DNA of 62,867 bases from Candidatus Uhrbacteria bacterium (GTDB lineage: Bacteria > Patescibacteriota > Patescibacteriia > UBA9934 > GWF2-40-263), in NCBI GenBank assembly GCA_016844925.1, contig JAERTI010000041.1:1-62867 (forward strand), read 5' to 3'. The notes under the pieces were generated by a model, which was given only the letters and a program-made list of their open reading frames with translations, was not told where the DNA came from and searched no databases. This document shows positions 19,893-30,047 of the stretch, piece after piece. Position 1 is the first letter of the stretch; every line of letters starts with the position of its first letter. The translations under genes and the position numbers were made by a program.

Positions 19893-21648
19893 ATCGTCGA
19901 AGTGTGCTCCGGATATACTTGATGAGCGACCGGCGCTTTGAATACTGTTCAACAATAAAACGGGCGGCCGCGGCATCTTGATCCGGCGCCTGTTTTTTAT
20001 ACCAAGGGCCTCCAAGATTCTTCTCCGCCCCCTGAAGGATGTAGGCTTCGATAGAATTACTCGTTGAAATCTCCTCTCCGTCCTTTAAGGCGAACTGAAA
20101 GTCCACAAGGGACACGGCCCCATCTTTTGTCAGAAGAATGTTACTTGGCCGAATATCTCGATGCTGTATCCGATGACGCTTGAGTGCCGCAAGGACTCGA
20201 TCTAGATCCCCCTTAAGCCCCTGTTGTTGCTTGGTACTTAGCGCATAAACCGACGCAAGACTTCTCCCTGGCTTTCTCTCAAGAACAAGATATCGTTGCC
20301 CCCCGTGATCAAACGCATCAATTACATCAGGAAAGAACGACTCAGATGCGACCTCGCGCAAGAACCGTTCCTCATGTTTGAGCAAAAATGTCCGCTGCGA
20401 ATCAGTCGTCTTGATAATAAGGTCTCGCCCCACAGCATACACACCGTACTTAATCCTCTTCGTACGTTTTAGTTCAGCCGTCCTACTTGAGAGACTTGGT
20501 TGCTCAGATAAATAGGAGAGATCCTCCGTCTGTGATACGAGCATATTCTTGAGAGCCCGAAAGAACGCCTTCGACCAGAAGAACGCTCGGTCGAACCCGT
20601 CTTTATGAAATTTTACTGACCGATCTTTTGGGACAGAGACTCTATAGTGATGCCCCTTAAGGTATTGCATCAACGTCGAACGACGCGGTTCTTGAAACAG
20701 CATTCCTGTAAGACGACTCTTATACTCCGGAGACAGTCCGCGTTTGTGAAAGACGCCGTGGTACAGAAGCGTCCAAAAATAATCCTCGTCGCTGAGCCGG
20801 TAAAACCCATCCTGCTCCACGCGTCGATTCAACAGATCCTGCTGCCATTTTTGATCGTAGTATCCATCCCCCACAAACCGAACATCAAATGGGATAGCGC
20901 CGTCTCCAACCTCGACCAAATGATGCACCCGATAGTTCTGTGGGAACACGGGACGTGCCCCGAGCAATAGAAGCGTCTTGTAATAGTCGTTCGTCAGAAC
21001 ATCAATGTCCTCATGCTCCATAGAGGTCCAGGCCTCAGGCCACCCCTCCCAGTTGCGCAGCACGGCGTAACGCGTGTGCTCGTTCAAAACATGGAAGACA
21101 TCTTGTGCCCGATCAAACTGTGGCACAGGAAGCTCCTTCAAACTCAATCCAGACGCTGTCTGCTCCGGCAGATAGATAACAGACTCTCTCGACTTGATCT
21201 CATCAAATGCTTCTCGCGACCCCCCCGTCAATGCCTGGAAGTTAAAAAATGCCTCCGTCTCCAGATCAGACGCATGAAGGTAATTGACGTTTTTTACTCG
21301 TCCAAGAAACACCGAATGGCCCTGAGAGGTAGATCGGTGACGCCGCTTGTGTCTGAGCGCCCGTTGATTGACCTCGCCCTTAATCTCAGGGGATTTATCG
21401 ACTACAAAAATAAAAACGAGTTGGTTTCCACCAATCTCCTTCATCTTTGGGCTGTTGTGATCAAAGTCACGATTGGGATACATGCGCGTGAGCATCTGCG
21501 GAACTTCCTCTTTCTCCCACTCAAGATGCTGGGCAAACTTGATTTCAAACTCTAACGAGAGCTCCCACAATATCTGAGAAAGATGCGCAAACCCGGACTG
21601 CCAGACAACAAAAATGTGAGCCTGAGGATCAACCGCGTTCATACCCAT
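19879..21648 (-). CDS. Multidomain protein: NDK-like N-terminus, nucleotidyltransferase-like middle, kinase-like C-terminus
   Basis: NYLHASD; YAVLRN...EDIDVL (DxD); HRDIRPSNILL...LVDFQFA. Confidence 0.65.
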   Translation of the reverse strand: MGMNAVDPQAHIFVVWQSGFAHLSQILWELSLEFEIKFAQHLEWEKEEVPQMLTRMYPNRDFDHNSPKMKEIGGNQLVFIFVVDKSPEIKGEVNQRALRHKRRHRSTSQGHSVFLGRVKNVNYLHASDLETEAFFNFQALTGGSREAFDEIKSRESVIYLPEQTASGLSLKELPVPQFDRAQDVFHVLNEHTRYAVLRNWEGWPEAWTSMEHEDIDVLTNDYYKTLLLLGARPVFPQNYRVHHLVEVGDGAIPFDVRFVGDGYYDQKWQQDLLNRRVEQDGFYRLSDEDYFWTLLYHGVFHKRGLSPEYKSRLTGMLFQEPRRSTLMQYLKGHHYRVSVPKDRSVKFHKDGFDRAFFWSKAFFRALKNMLVSQTEDLSYLSEQPSLSSRTAELKRTKRIKYGVYAVGRDLIIKTTDSQRTFLLKHEERFLREVASESFFPDVIDAFDHGGQRYLVLERKPGRSLASVYALSTKQQQGLKGDLDRVLAALKRHRIQHRDIRPSNILLTKDGAVSLVDFQFALKDGEEISTSNSIEAYILQGAEKNLGGPWYKKQAPDQDAAAARFIVEQYSKRRSLIKYIRSTLRRFTFG

Positions 21649-22456
21649 TGATAATCAACCTACAAATCTTAATCCAATCCTTCTTTTCTCTTAAACCTTT
21701 CCGGCGTAGAAGATAAGGACCAATAACTGGGAGCGCGTAAAACTTCCCCTTAAGTCCTTTCTGATATTTATTCGCCCCAAGACTCGAACCTCGGCCAAAG
21801 TGAGAAGCAAAAAACCGCCCATCATCTCCATCGAGATAATACTCTGCAATTCCAACAAGAGCAGCAAAGGGACCCCCTTGGAATGTACGTGTGTTTCTCA
21901 TTTCAATGAGCCCTCCTTCATACCCTTCGGCAAGATACTTCTCTCTAAGCTCAAAACCCGTATCCTGTTTTGCCTCGATGTCCTTTGGACGAAAATCGAT
22001 ATTCAATTTTCTAAATGTCTCCGTCTCAAACAAGATACAAAACATCAGTGGAAAATCTTGAGGCTTTGGTTTTGGCGCTTGTGTGCCAATCACCTTCACC
22101 TTGTCATTAAAACGCTCGATCAACGTTTGATCCCACCCCTTAGCCAACCAGGTGGCATCTGCATCTAGAATAGAGAAGTACGGCGTATCAACCCTCTCCA
22201 CCAACTCGTTCAACGTTGTTCCATGAGCCATACTTCCTCGCAGTTTGAAGTTTCCCTTTCTGTACACTTCAACATTCTCAAACTCCGCACAGCCCCGCTC
22301 AAGCTTCTCATAATCCTGAAAAGATGAACCATTATCCGCAATGATCACCTTGTACGGATGTGTTGTGATGCGCTCAAGACACCAAAGTGTATTGAGCACA
22401 AAATCAGCCGAGTTGAAATTGACCGTAAGGATAGTTGTCACCGGAACCTGCCCCAT
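21629..22456 (-). CDS. Glycosyltransferase family 2
   Basis: TILTVNFNS, IIADNGS, ILDAD. Confidence 0.85.
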   Translation of the reverse strand: MGQVPVTTILTVNFNSADFVLNTLWCLERITTHPYKVIIADNGSSFQDYEKLERGCAEFENVEVYRKGNFKLRGSMAHGTTLNELVERVDTPYFSILDADATWLAKGWDQTLIERFNDKVKVIGTQAPKPKPQDFPLMFCILFETETFRKLNIDFRPKDIEAKQDTGFELREKYLAEGYEGGLIEMRNTRTFQGGPFAALVGIAEYYLDGDDGRFFASHFGRGSSLGANKYQKGLKGKFYALPVIGPYLLRRKGLREKKDWIKICRLIINGYERG

Positions 22457-22460
22457 AAGT

Positions 22461-23465
22461 CTAGACTTTATGCTCGTGCGTTTTCATGAATGCAGCGTTG
22501 TTGTAACGAACATCCTTATGATCCTCAACACGACCATCCTGAAGAGCCTCAACCATCTCTTGTACACCCATAGCAATACTCCACTCAGGCTCAAATCCGA
22601 CCATCGATCGAATCTTTGTAAAATCAATTCTGTAGTTTCGTTGATCAACATCCGTCTCCAGTACTTGAATTTCTGCTGTCGGAATCTGTTCGTGGATAAT
22701 CTGACCCAGCTCCATCATCTGATAGTTCAAATTGTTTCCACCGACATTAAATATCTCACCCGCCACCTTCTCTAGAGGAGACTCAACCATCAACATCATG
22801 GCACGAGCGGCATCTTGAACATGAATATTTGGTCGCCACTGCTGACCACCGAATATCGTAATCACCCCTTCGCGAATTGCCTTGGCAGTCAACAAATTAA
22901 CGACAATATCAAACCGAGGGCGATACGATAGACCAAACACGGTACTCAAACGCAGGATGGTTGGAGCAAAATCTGGTGTCGACATTTCTCGCAACGCTTG
23001 CTCAGCATCAAACTTCGTTTCCGCATACAGAGACACTGGATTTAACGCTGACTTCTCATGAAGGAGAACCGTGTCATCTTCTGAAGCTCCATAAACAGAG
23101 CAGGAAGAGACATAAACTAAACGCTTGACGCCGTAGAACTTACACATCGAACCAATCACCGAAGTAGCGAAGTAATTTGACTCCAGGGTCTTCTGAGGAT
23201 TCATGGCACACATAGGGTCACCAACAAGCTCTGCGAGATGCACAACAGCATCAATCCCCTTGATGGCTTCTGTAAGGACTTCTATGTGCTTTGTTTCCCC
23301 ATGAACTACCTCCAATCGATCACTTTGAATTCCCTCAAGAGACTGCGTTCCGTAAAGAAACTTATCGAGCACACGTACACGACATCCTTTTTCTAAAAGC
23401 ATTCGTGTCAACATTGACCCGATATATCCACCTCCACCAATAACTAAAACGTGTTGTGCGTTCAC
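22461..23465 (-). CDS. NAD-dependent sugar epimerase/dehydratase
   Basis: GGGGYIGS, HLAELVGDP, SSCSVYG, YAETK, RLSTVFG, WRPNIHV. GTG start overlaps the upstream stop. Confidence 0.88.
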   Translation of the reverse strand: MNAQHVLVIGGGGYIGSMLTRMLLEKGCRVRVLDKFLYGTQSLEGIQSDRLEVVHGETKHIEVLTEAIKGIDAVVHLAELVGDPMCAMNPQKTLESNYFATSVIGSMCKFYGVKRLVYVSSCSVYGASEDDTVLLHEKSALNPVSLYAETKFDAEQALREMSTPDFAPTILRLSTVFGLSYRPRFDIVVNLLTAKAIREGVITIFGGQQWRPNIHVQDAARAMMLMVESPLEKVAGEIFNVGGNNLNYQMMELGQIIHEQIPTAEIQVLETDVDQRNYRIDFTKIRSMVGFEPEWSIAMGVQEMVEALQDGRVEDHKDVRYNNAAFMKTHEHKV

Positions 23466-24604
23466 AAATTTTGAAAGTAATGAGTTATCTTTTTTGTCAG
23501 AAGCGTTATGTGCTCATCCGACATAATGGCACTCATTGGAAGAGCTAGCACACGATCCGATAGACGCTCCGTCTTTGGGAGATCACCTTGCGCACACCCG
23601 AACTGATTACGATAGAGTGTCTTTAGATGAATTGGATGAAAGTACACCTTTGTCATGATCTTTTCATCCCGTAAAAATTTCTGGAGTCCGTCACGCAATT
23701 CTTTTGTTTCAAGAAGTATCATGTACATCTGATAAATATGCACTGCCCCATCTGGGGTCACGGGTTTCCGTATCTGAGGAACTTCCACAAGACCTTCTGA
23801 GATTTTTTTCGCCACAGCTTTTCGCATAGCATGAATCCGATCGATCTTTTCAAACTGGGAAGCCAGTAACGCCGCCGACATGGTCGATAAACGAAAATTA
23901 TACCCAAGTTCAATGTAATCACTCTCACCCGTCTTTGAAAAGAAATCTTCCCCCGTGTTCTCGACACGTCCATGCGAACGAAGCAGCTTCATGCGTTCAT
24001 ACGCGCGCTTCGAATTTGTTAACACAACCCCCCCCTCACCACAGGTAATCAATTTATTCTGACAAAAACTAAAAATCGCACCGTCACCTAAGGCACCAAC
24101 ATGTTCACCCTCAATCGTTGCCCCAAACGACTGTGCTGCATCTTCAAGGAACAAAATTCCTCTCTCCTGACACAGCGCACGTATCGCAAGACTCTCCTTT
24201 GCCGGGCATCCACCACAGTGCATAATCATGACGGCTTTTGTTTTATCAGTAATCTTTCGCTCAACATCTTTTACCGTAAGCCCAAACGTCTCATCCTCTG
24301 ACTCAGCAAACACCGGCGTCGCTCCCGCAAGAAGCACGGCATTGGCTGTTGCCACAAAAGAAAAGGAGGGAACAATCACTTCTCCGCCAGAAACATCATT
24401 TGCACTAAGCAACATGTGCAGCGCCGATGTCCCTGAATTACATAGGAGTGCGTACTCCACACCCAAGTAGCTTGCTATCTTCTTTTCCAATTCAACAATC
24501 TCTGAACCACAGGCCCAAAATGTTCCACGCCGAAGCACGCGCGCAACGGCCTCAACATCTTCTTCGTCAGAATAAGTGGCAAACAGGGGGATATCCCAAT
24601 CCAT
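23462..24604 (-). CDS. DegT/DnrJ/EryC1/StrS sugar aminotransferase
   Basis: NSGTSALH, EDAAQSFGA, FSF-x2-NK-x-ITCGEGG, GYNFRL. Confidence 0.93.
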   Translation of the reverse strand: MDWDIPLFATYSDEEDVEAVARVLRRGTFWACGSEIVELEKKIASYLGVEYALLCNSGTSALHMLLSANDVSGGEVIVPSFSFVATANAVLLAGATPVFAESEDETFGLTVKDVERKITDKTKAVMIMHCGGCPAKESLAIRALCQERGILFLEDAAQSFGATIEGEHVGALGDGAIFSFCQNKLITCGEGGVVLTNSKRAYERMKLLRSHGRVENTGEDFFSKTGESDYIELGYNFRLSTMSAALLASQFEKIDRIHAMRKAVAKKISEGLVEVPQIRKPVTPDGAVHIYQMYMILLETKELRDGLQKFLRDEKIMTKVYFHPIHLKTLYRNQFGCAQGDLPKTERLSDRVLALPMSAIMSDEHITLLTKKITHYFQNL

Positions 24605-24609
24605 AAACG

Positions 24610-25290
24610 TTACATTCGACTCTTATCAACCTGTGCTGTTTCTTGTGTTTGACGCAACTTCACAATGGTTTCTGATGGGATGAACCCACGAAGTAAGCTT
24701 AGTGGATACCCGTACACATCTTTCCCAATAAACGTCGCCGGTTGAATGACAGTGTTGCATCCGAGTGAACTGTTATCTCCAATGATGGCCCCAATCTTCA
24801 TAAGACCCGTCCCAACTCCAGCAATCTGAATTTCGTTTCGAGTAATTTTAAAATTTGAAATCTTTGTTCCTGCCCCAAGGTTCACATGATTTCCTAGAAT
24901 GCTATGACCGACGAAAGCAAAGTGCGGTGCACGGGAGTGATTAAGAAACACCGAATTGGAAACCTCGCTAGCGTGACCAACTACCACGTTATCTCCCATT
25001 AATGTATTTGCTCCCACATACGCTCCGTGACGAATCTCACAATTCTTTCCAATAATGGCCGGGCCATGAACCCAAGCACCTGGCTGAACAACGCTCCCCT
25101 CTCCAAGAAACACATTATCCCCCACAAAAGCCCCCTCCATAACCGTGCCACGAATCTCAGGAAGCAGGTTCTCCTGAATATATTCTGGAAGCTGTTTTAA
25201 GAAATCGTAGACGTATTCTGATCCATCAAACAGAGCTTTGTGTTCAAATGTTGAAACATCAACGTAATAACTGAGATTCTTTAATTCCAT
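24610..25290 (-). CDS. Hexapeptide-repeat (LbH) acyltransferase, GlmU C-terminal-like
   Basis: Hexapeptide repeats; H-x-AFVGHSILG-x2-VNLGAGT...N; GAIIGD. Confidence 0.82.
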   Translation of the reverse strand: MELKNLSYYVDVSTFEHKALFDGSEYVYDFLKQLPEYIQENLLPEIRGTVMEGAFVGDNVFLGEGSVVQPGAWVHGPAIIGKNCEIRHGAYVGANTLMGDNVVVGHASEVSNSVFLNHSRAPHFAFVGHSILGNHVNLGAGTKISNFKITRNEIQIAGVGTGLMKIGAIIGDNSSLGCNTVIQPATFIGKDVYGYPLSLLRGFIPSETIVKLRQTQETAQVDKSRM

Positions 25291-25775
25291 ACCTTCATAA
25301 AATCACGAATTACATTTTGATTGCTATCAAACGCAATCTGTTCAGGGATTTCTTCTTTAGAAAACCACCGACTTTCACATACGTCATCAAAGGCCTGTGC
25401 ATCCCCGCTGTCACTGGTAGCTAGATAAATCATGCTCAAAATATGAAACGGCTCTGTGTCGGACGGATATGTCCCAGGATAGATACCGAACAATTTATCA
25501 ATGCGAATATCTAATTCCGTCTCTTCCATGAGCTCACGCTTGATCGCTTCTTCAGGTGTCTCCCCTTTGTCCATAAATCCACCTGGAAGATCCCACCAAT
25601 CCTTAAAAGGTGCCCCTGCGCGCTTGGTCAGTAGCAACTTATTCTCATGAAGAACCAAACCGGTTACCGTTGGTCGCGGATTTTGATAATTTACAAAATC
25701 ACATTTTGTGCATGCAAGATTACCACTTTGCTCAACAAGATCCGCTCCACACATGGAACAATATGAATAGGTCAT
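25281..25775 (-). CDS. NUDIX hydrolase with N-terminal Zn ribbon
   Basis: CSMCG...CTKC; Nudix box GGFMDKGETPEEAIKRELMEET. Confidence 0.88.
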   Translation of the reverse strand: MTYSYCSMCGADLVEQSGNLACTKCDFVNYQNPRPTVTGLVLHENKLLLTKRAGAPFKDWWDLPGGFMDKGETPEEAIKRELMEETELDIRIDKLFGIYPGTYPSDTEPFHILSMIYLATSDSGDAQAFDDVCESRWFSKEEIPEQIAFDSNQNVIRDFMKVWN

Positions 25776-25776
25776 A

Positions 25777-26394
25777 CTATGACGTTAGCTTCTTTATAAA
25801 CTTAGCAGGATTTCCATAATATACTGAATCAGGCTCCGTATCCTTCACGACATTTGAAGCCGCTCCAATCAAACAGCCATCTGCCACAACGGTGCGATCC
25901 CGCAAGGTAGAGCCGATGCCAAAAAATACTCTGTCGCCAATGGTGGCCTCACCCGCAGTAACAACACCTGGCGTAAGATGACTAAAGAGACCAACACGAT
26001 TATCGTGCTCAACAATGCAACCATTGTTGATGAACGTCCCATCGCCAATGACGGTATTCACATTTACATACGCAAACGCCCCTACCATAACATTTACCCC
26101 TAACTCGACGCCTGGTTCGACACAGGCCTTTGGGTGAATGGCATTCACAAACGTGACTCCCCCCATTTTAAACTGCTCAAACAAACGCTTGCGAACATCA
26201 TTGCTACCGATTGAGATAAAAAAAGCACGACCTTCTTGAGCGTGCTTTTTATAATCTGCCACTGGCCCCAAAACTTCTTCCCCCTGCTTCCCGTCATCCA
26301 AAAATCCCACCACATCAAATCCCCCCAAAGAAAGAATATTTGCGACGACGCGTCCATTCTGACCCGCACCAACCACCACAACTTGTTTTGACAT
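25777..26394 (-). CDS. NeuD/PglD-family sugar N/O-acetyltransferase
   Basis: VVVGAGQNG, GFLDD, NAIHP, IVEHD, LbH repeats, YYGNPAK. Start revised to ATG 26394. Confidence 0.88.
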   Translation of the reverse strand: MSKQVVVVGAGQNGRVVANILSLGGFDVVGFLDDGKQGEEVLGPVADYKKHAQEGRAFFISIGSNDVRKRLFEQFKMGGVTFVNAIHPKACVEPGVELGVNVMVGAFAYVNVNTVIGDGTFINNGCIVEHDNRVGLFSHLTPGVVTAGEATIGDRVFFGIGSTLRDRTVVADGCLIGAASNVVKDTEPDSVYYGNPAKFIKKLTS

Positions 26395-26401
26395 ATTTCG
26401 T

Positions 26402-27373
26402 CTATCTTGAAAAAAGTTCGTTATAAATATCCATGTACCCCTGCGCCATACTCTCCAAAGAAAACTGATTCTCAATCCGTGCACGAACCTGTTTTCGCAT
26501 CTCTTGATCATCTAGATAGTTCCGTATCTTCTCGACATAGGCACTCGCGGGAGCGTCAACGGGTACAAGTAAATCACTCTCTTCACCAAGTGCCTCTGGG
26601 ATACCATCAACGGCACGACCCACAACAGGCACGCCACAAGCCATTGGCTCCAAGCAGTTAAAGCCAAGTGCCTCTGAATTAGAGGTTACCACACCTATCC
26701 TTGCCTGGTTAATCAACTGTGGAACCTCCTCATGAGCCACAAATCCTGTCACACGATCGCGCCCTTCTTTTACCAAAGCACGCGCACGTTGCTCATACGC
26801 ATTCATCCTGTTTCCTGTTCGATTATGTGTTCCCCCAACGATAATGAAAGAAAAATTCCCCTCCTTACAAATATCCAAAAAGAGCCCGGGGTTCTTAATT
26901 TCTCGTAAGCGGCCTAGAAACAAAATATCGTATTTCTTCTCCACATCCATTGGGTAGAACTTCTGTGTATCAACACCTGAATACACCACCCGATGACCAC
27001 GTCCGAGATTTTTTCCAACGGCTTTTGAAACCGCCACAGGGTTGGGAGAAAATCTTCGTCGGTTCCAGAGCGTGCGCTTGCGTCTAGCCGACCCAACCAA
27101 CATAACTGTTTTCTTCCACTTCTTGCCAAAAGTCTTTCTATTCACCTTCATCTCCATTCCATCGAGCTGAATCAAATCACTCCAATCAAGAAGCTCCTCA
27201 GGTGTCATCTGACGAAATCCCTCTAGCATCTTAAGCATCAAAGGGTCAGCATTTTTCATTGAAAGTATACAAAAAGCCACCTCATGGTGACCTTCTGCGT
27301 AACGCATGAGATTGGCCATGAGCGTCTGAGCACCTCCCATGAGCAAGTTTGTAAAACTAAATCCCACCTTCAT
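26402..27373 (-). CDS. Glycosyltransferase family 4
   Basis: GGAQT, LGRLREIKN, SEALGFNCLEPMACG. Confidence 0.85.
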   Translation of the reverse strand: MKVGFSFTNLLMGGAQTLMANLMRYAEGHHEVAFCILSMKNADPLMLKMLEGFRQMTPEELLDWSDLIQLDGMEMKVNRKTFGKKWKKTVMLVGSARRKRTLWNRRRFSPNPVAVSKAVGKNLGRGHRVVYSGVDTQKFYPMDVEKKYDILFLGRLREIKNPGLFLDICKEGNFSFIIVGGTHNRTGNRMNAYEQRARALVKEGRDRVTGFVAHEEVPQLINQARIGVVTSNSEALGFNCLEPMACGVPVVGRAVDGIPEALGEESDLLVPVDAPASAYVEKIRNYLDDQEMRKQVRARIENQFSLESMAQGYMDIYNELFSR

Positions 27374-27375
27374 AT

Positions 27376-28041
27376 CTATCGTTTACGAGCAACAATATAA
27401 TAGCCTGTTGTGTAATTCCCCAACGTACTATTTTGAACAAACCTTAAACGATCAAGCCGTGTAAGTGTGTCACACAACGGATATGCCAGGTAGCAAAACC
27501 ATCTTACCGGCCTGATTGGCACAATTCGAACAAATGTCTTCCACATCTCCATAGAGACAGTGAAGTAGCGTCCCATAGGAATCAGCTCTTCAATCTCCAA
27601 ACCAACGGCCGCTGCCTCCTGTCGCCACTTGTGTTCAGTCCAGCGCTGGAAATCAGATGGGTCTGCGTGGATGGGAAATAGAAACGGCATGGAAATAATC
27701 ATTGTTCCTCCAGTCTTAAGCACTCGAACACACTCTCGCAGACCCTGCTCTGGATCACTCACATGCTCAAACAACTCGGTAGCATTCACTACGTCAAACT
27801 GCTCATCATTAAGCTCACTCAAATCACAAACATCCGCCAATAAATCCGGTTCATTAGATGAAGCAATATCAACCACAAACCACTCATCTACTTTGTGTCG
27901 TGGCTTAATAAACGCACCTCGGTCTTTTCCCCCGATATCCATTACTCGCCCCCTATAAAAACCCTCGTGACTAACTAGAAGTTTATCGAGCATCTTCCGT
28001 CTATAGGAAGCAGATAAGTAATATTTCAATCGAGATGTCAT
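27376..28041 (-). CDS. Class I SAM-dependent methyltransferase
   Basis: VMDIGG, FDVVNATELFEHV, RVLKTGG, HADPSDFQRWT. Confidence 0.85.
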   Translation of the reverse strand: MTSRLKYYLSASYRRKMLDKLLVSHEGFYRGRVMDIGGKDRGAFIKPRHKVDEWFVVDIASSNEPDLLADVCDLSELNDEQFDVVNATELFEHVSDPEQGLRECVRVLKTGGTMIISMPFLFPIHADPSDFQRWTEHKWRQEAAAVGLEIEELIPMGRYFTVSMEMWKTFVRIVPIRPVRWFCYLAYPLCDTLTRLDRLRFVQNSTLGNYTTGYYIVARKR

Positions 28042-28044
28042 AAT

Positions 28045-29121
28045 TTATGTCGTAAATTCTTGATACAATCTTTGCTCCACAGGGTACAGCAGCTTTTCAA
28101 TCAAGGAAATGCCCCAAAGCAAAAGTGCCGTGCCGTGAATATCTGGTTCTTGCAACCCCTTCGTAATAACAGCCTTGTAGTAGTACGTATTTGCGTTTCG
28201 TTCAAAGAACGAGAAACCTCCGTACTCTGGCCACCAGTGCTTTCGATAGAGATCAAGTCGCTCCATTGCAAAACGACGAATCTCCTCTGGTCGATACGAT
28301 CCCCCAAGAACCTCGTTTGCATACTTGAGCACGTAAATCACATTGAACAGGTTACAGGCATGTGGATCATGGCTAGCTTGAAGCGCCAGATCAACGAGCT
28401 CACGTGCATAGTCAAACTCCATCCGTTCGGCCGCCTTGAGTCCCGTAAGGATCTTCATGGCTCCATTAATCTTCTGTTGCAAACTCGGTGTTCCCCGGAA
28501 CCAACTCCCCGTCTTAGGGTCTTGTATCTGATGTACCCAATCGATGGCATGCTGCACAAGAGCATCTCGATCAGGTAACTCACTTCGATGTAAGAAAAAT
28601 AATAGGTGTGAAAAATGACTCCCCGCTCCCCAAGGCTTGCTCCAGTTTAGCCTACCGAGATACTGGTCGATGCCCTTGTTTGTACGTGGCAGTCCCTGGA
28701 GCCCAATCGAGGGACGCTCCCCAAGAAGCTCCAGTGCGGAGATAGATTGTCGTGTTTCGGCACGAGCCGTCTGCGCATGAAAGAAGTTTTGAACATTTCG
28801 ATGTCGTAAACCTGAAAGTTTTTCTCGCCAAAATGCCTTTCGCGCAACCAGAGGATCAACATATTGCCCACGCCGCGTTCGAAACGATTCGATAAACTGC
28901 GTCATCTGCTCACGCCGCTCTCCCAGCGTACCGAGCAGGCCGAGCGTGTAATAACTCTTCACAGCAAAAACCGTGTTCCCAAGACCCCACAGTGCATGTT
29001 CGTCGAAGAGGTCTCCTGTAAGTGAGTAGCGATAAAAACCTGGTACCGTATACCCCTGCATGGAAACAAGAAACTTAGGTACCTCTTCGCTCACTTGCTT
29101 CAGCCACTCACGCTCATTCAT
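28045..29121 (-). CDS. Conserved hypothetical protein of glycan loci (possible alpha/alpha-toroid fold)
   Basis: 358-aa ORF tightly packed in the operon; W-x2-PWGAGSH, QDPKTGSWF, GGFSF motifs. Function unknown. Confidence 0.6.
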   Translation of the reverse strand: MNEREWLKQVSEEVPKFLVSMQGYTVPGFYRYSLTGDLFDEHALWGLGNTVFAVKSYYTLGLLGTLGERREQMTQFIESFRTRRGQYVDPLVARKAFWREKLSGLRHRNVQNFFHAQTARAETRQSISALELLGERPSIGLQGLPRTNKGIDQYLGRLNWSKPWGAGSHFSHLLFFLHRSELPDRDALVQHAIDWVHQIQDPKTGSWFRGTPSLQQKINGAMKILTGLKAAERMEFDYARELVDLALQASHDPHACNLFNVIYVLKYANEVLGGSYRPEEIRRFAMERLDLYRKHWWPEYGGFSFFERNANTYYYKAVITKGLQEPDIHGTALLLWGISLIEKLLYPVEQRLYQEFTT

Positions 29122-29130
29122 AACACGTTA

Positions 29131-30042
29131 TTACGTCAACGCTTTTTTCTTTACAACGCACATGGAAACACTTCGATCAGGATCAATCTGACCACGAACC
29201 AGTTGAAAATGCTCTTGAATAAACCTGAGGGTCTCCTCTCGCTGGTGCACTGACATCATGCTATCCAACCCGTCGCCATCACCTTTTATATAATCAAACA
29301 CGAGCACCCCTCCATCTTGGAGGCCACGATGAAAACTTTTTACCACCTCTAGGGGATTTGAAATATGTTCTAACACTGTCTGACAAATAATGGCAGAATA
29401 CCCCTTCTCTTCCACGAGATTATTGTGCGGTCCCAAAAACCGATACGAAACATCCTTCTCACCTCCCAATTGATAGATCGCATACAAAAAATTAATCTGT
29501 GGAATATCGGCTATCTCGTACGTGTTCCCGCGACGTGGAAAATACTTCAGTGCCCCTGTTGTATAAGGAGCGATGCCACAACCATATTCAAGGACCTTCC
29601 CTTTTTTCGGTAGATGAAAAAAGGTGGGAAGAAAATTTAGATAGGCTGTCTTTGCGTACTTCCAAACACTCCCAAACAAGAGATAGATATTTTCATCTGT
29701 ATTCCAAGCCTCTAAAAAGTCCTCCGAGTCCATCTCATTTGTGTGTCCAACATCCTGAAATCGTGTCCGATACTGCTGACGAAGAAAATGAAAATCAAAC
29801 ATGTCAATGGGACGACCATCAAGTATTCCGTACCAAAAAGCCTGGAAGTCAACAAACCATTTTGTAAAGCAAAAGGAGTAAATGAACTCCTTTGATCGTT
29901 TTGTTTTGAAGATGACCGCATGAACCACAAGAGCCAATTTTGGCACGATGAATCGTGACACGCTTCGCTTGTTTCCAGATAAAACAGACTGCTTAATGCG
30001 TTCAACATCTAGCGACAACTTATCGAACTTATTATGAGACAT
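29131..30042 (-). CDS. Class I SAM-dependent methyltransferase
   Basis: VLEYGCGIA, IICQTVLEHI, LQDGGVL. Confidence 0.85.
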   Translation of the reverse strand: MSHNKFDKLSLDVERIKQSVLSGNKRSVSRFIVPKLALVVHAVIFKTKRSKEFIYSFCFTKWFVDFQAFWYGILDGRPIDMFDFHFLRQQYRTRFQDVGHTNEMDSEDFLEAWNTDENIYLLFGSVWKYAKTAYLNFLPTFFHLPKKGKVLEYGCGIAPYTTGALKYFPRRGNTYEIADIPQINFLYAIYQLGGEKDVSYRFLGPHNNLVEEKGYSAIICQTVLEHISNPLEVVKSFHRGLQDGGVLVFDYIKGDGDGLDSMMSVHQREETLRFIQEHFQLVRGQIDPDRSVSMCVVKKKALT

Positions 30043-30047
30043 AGGAA

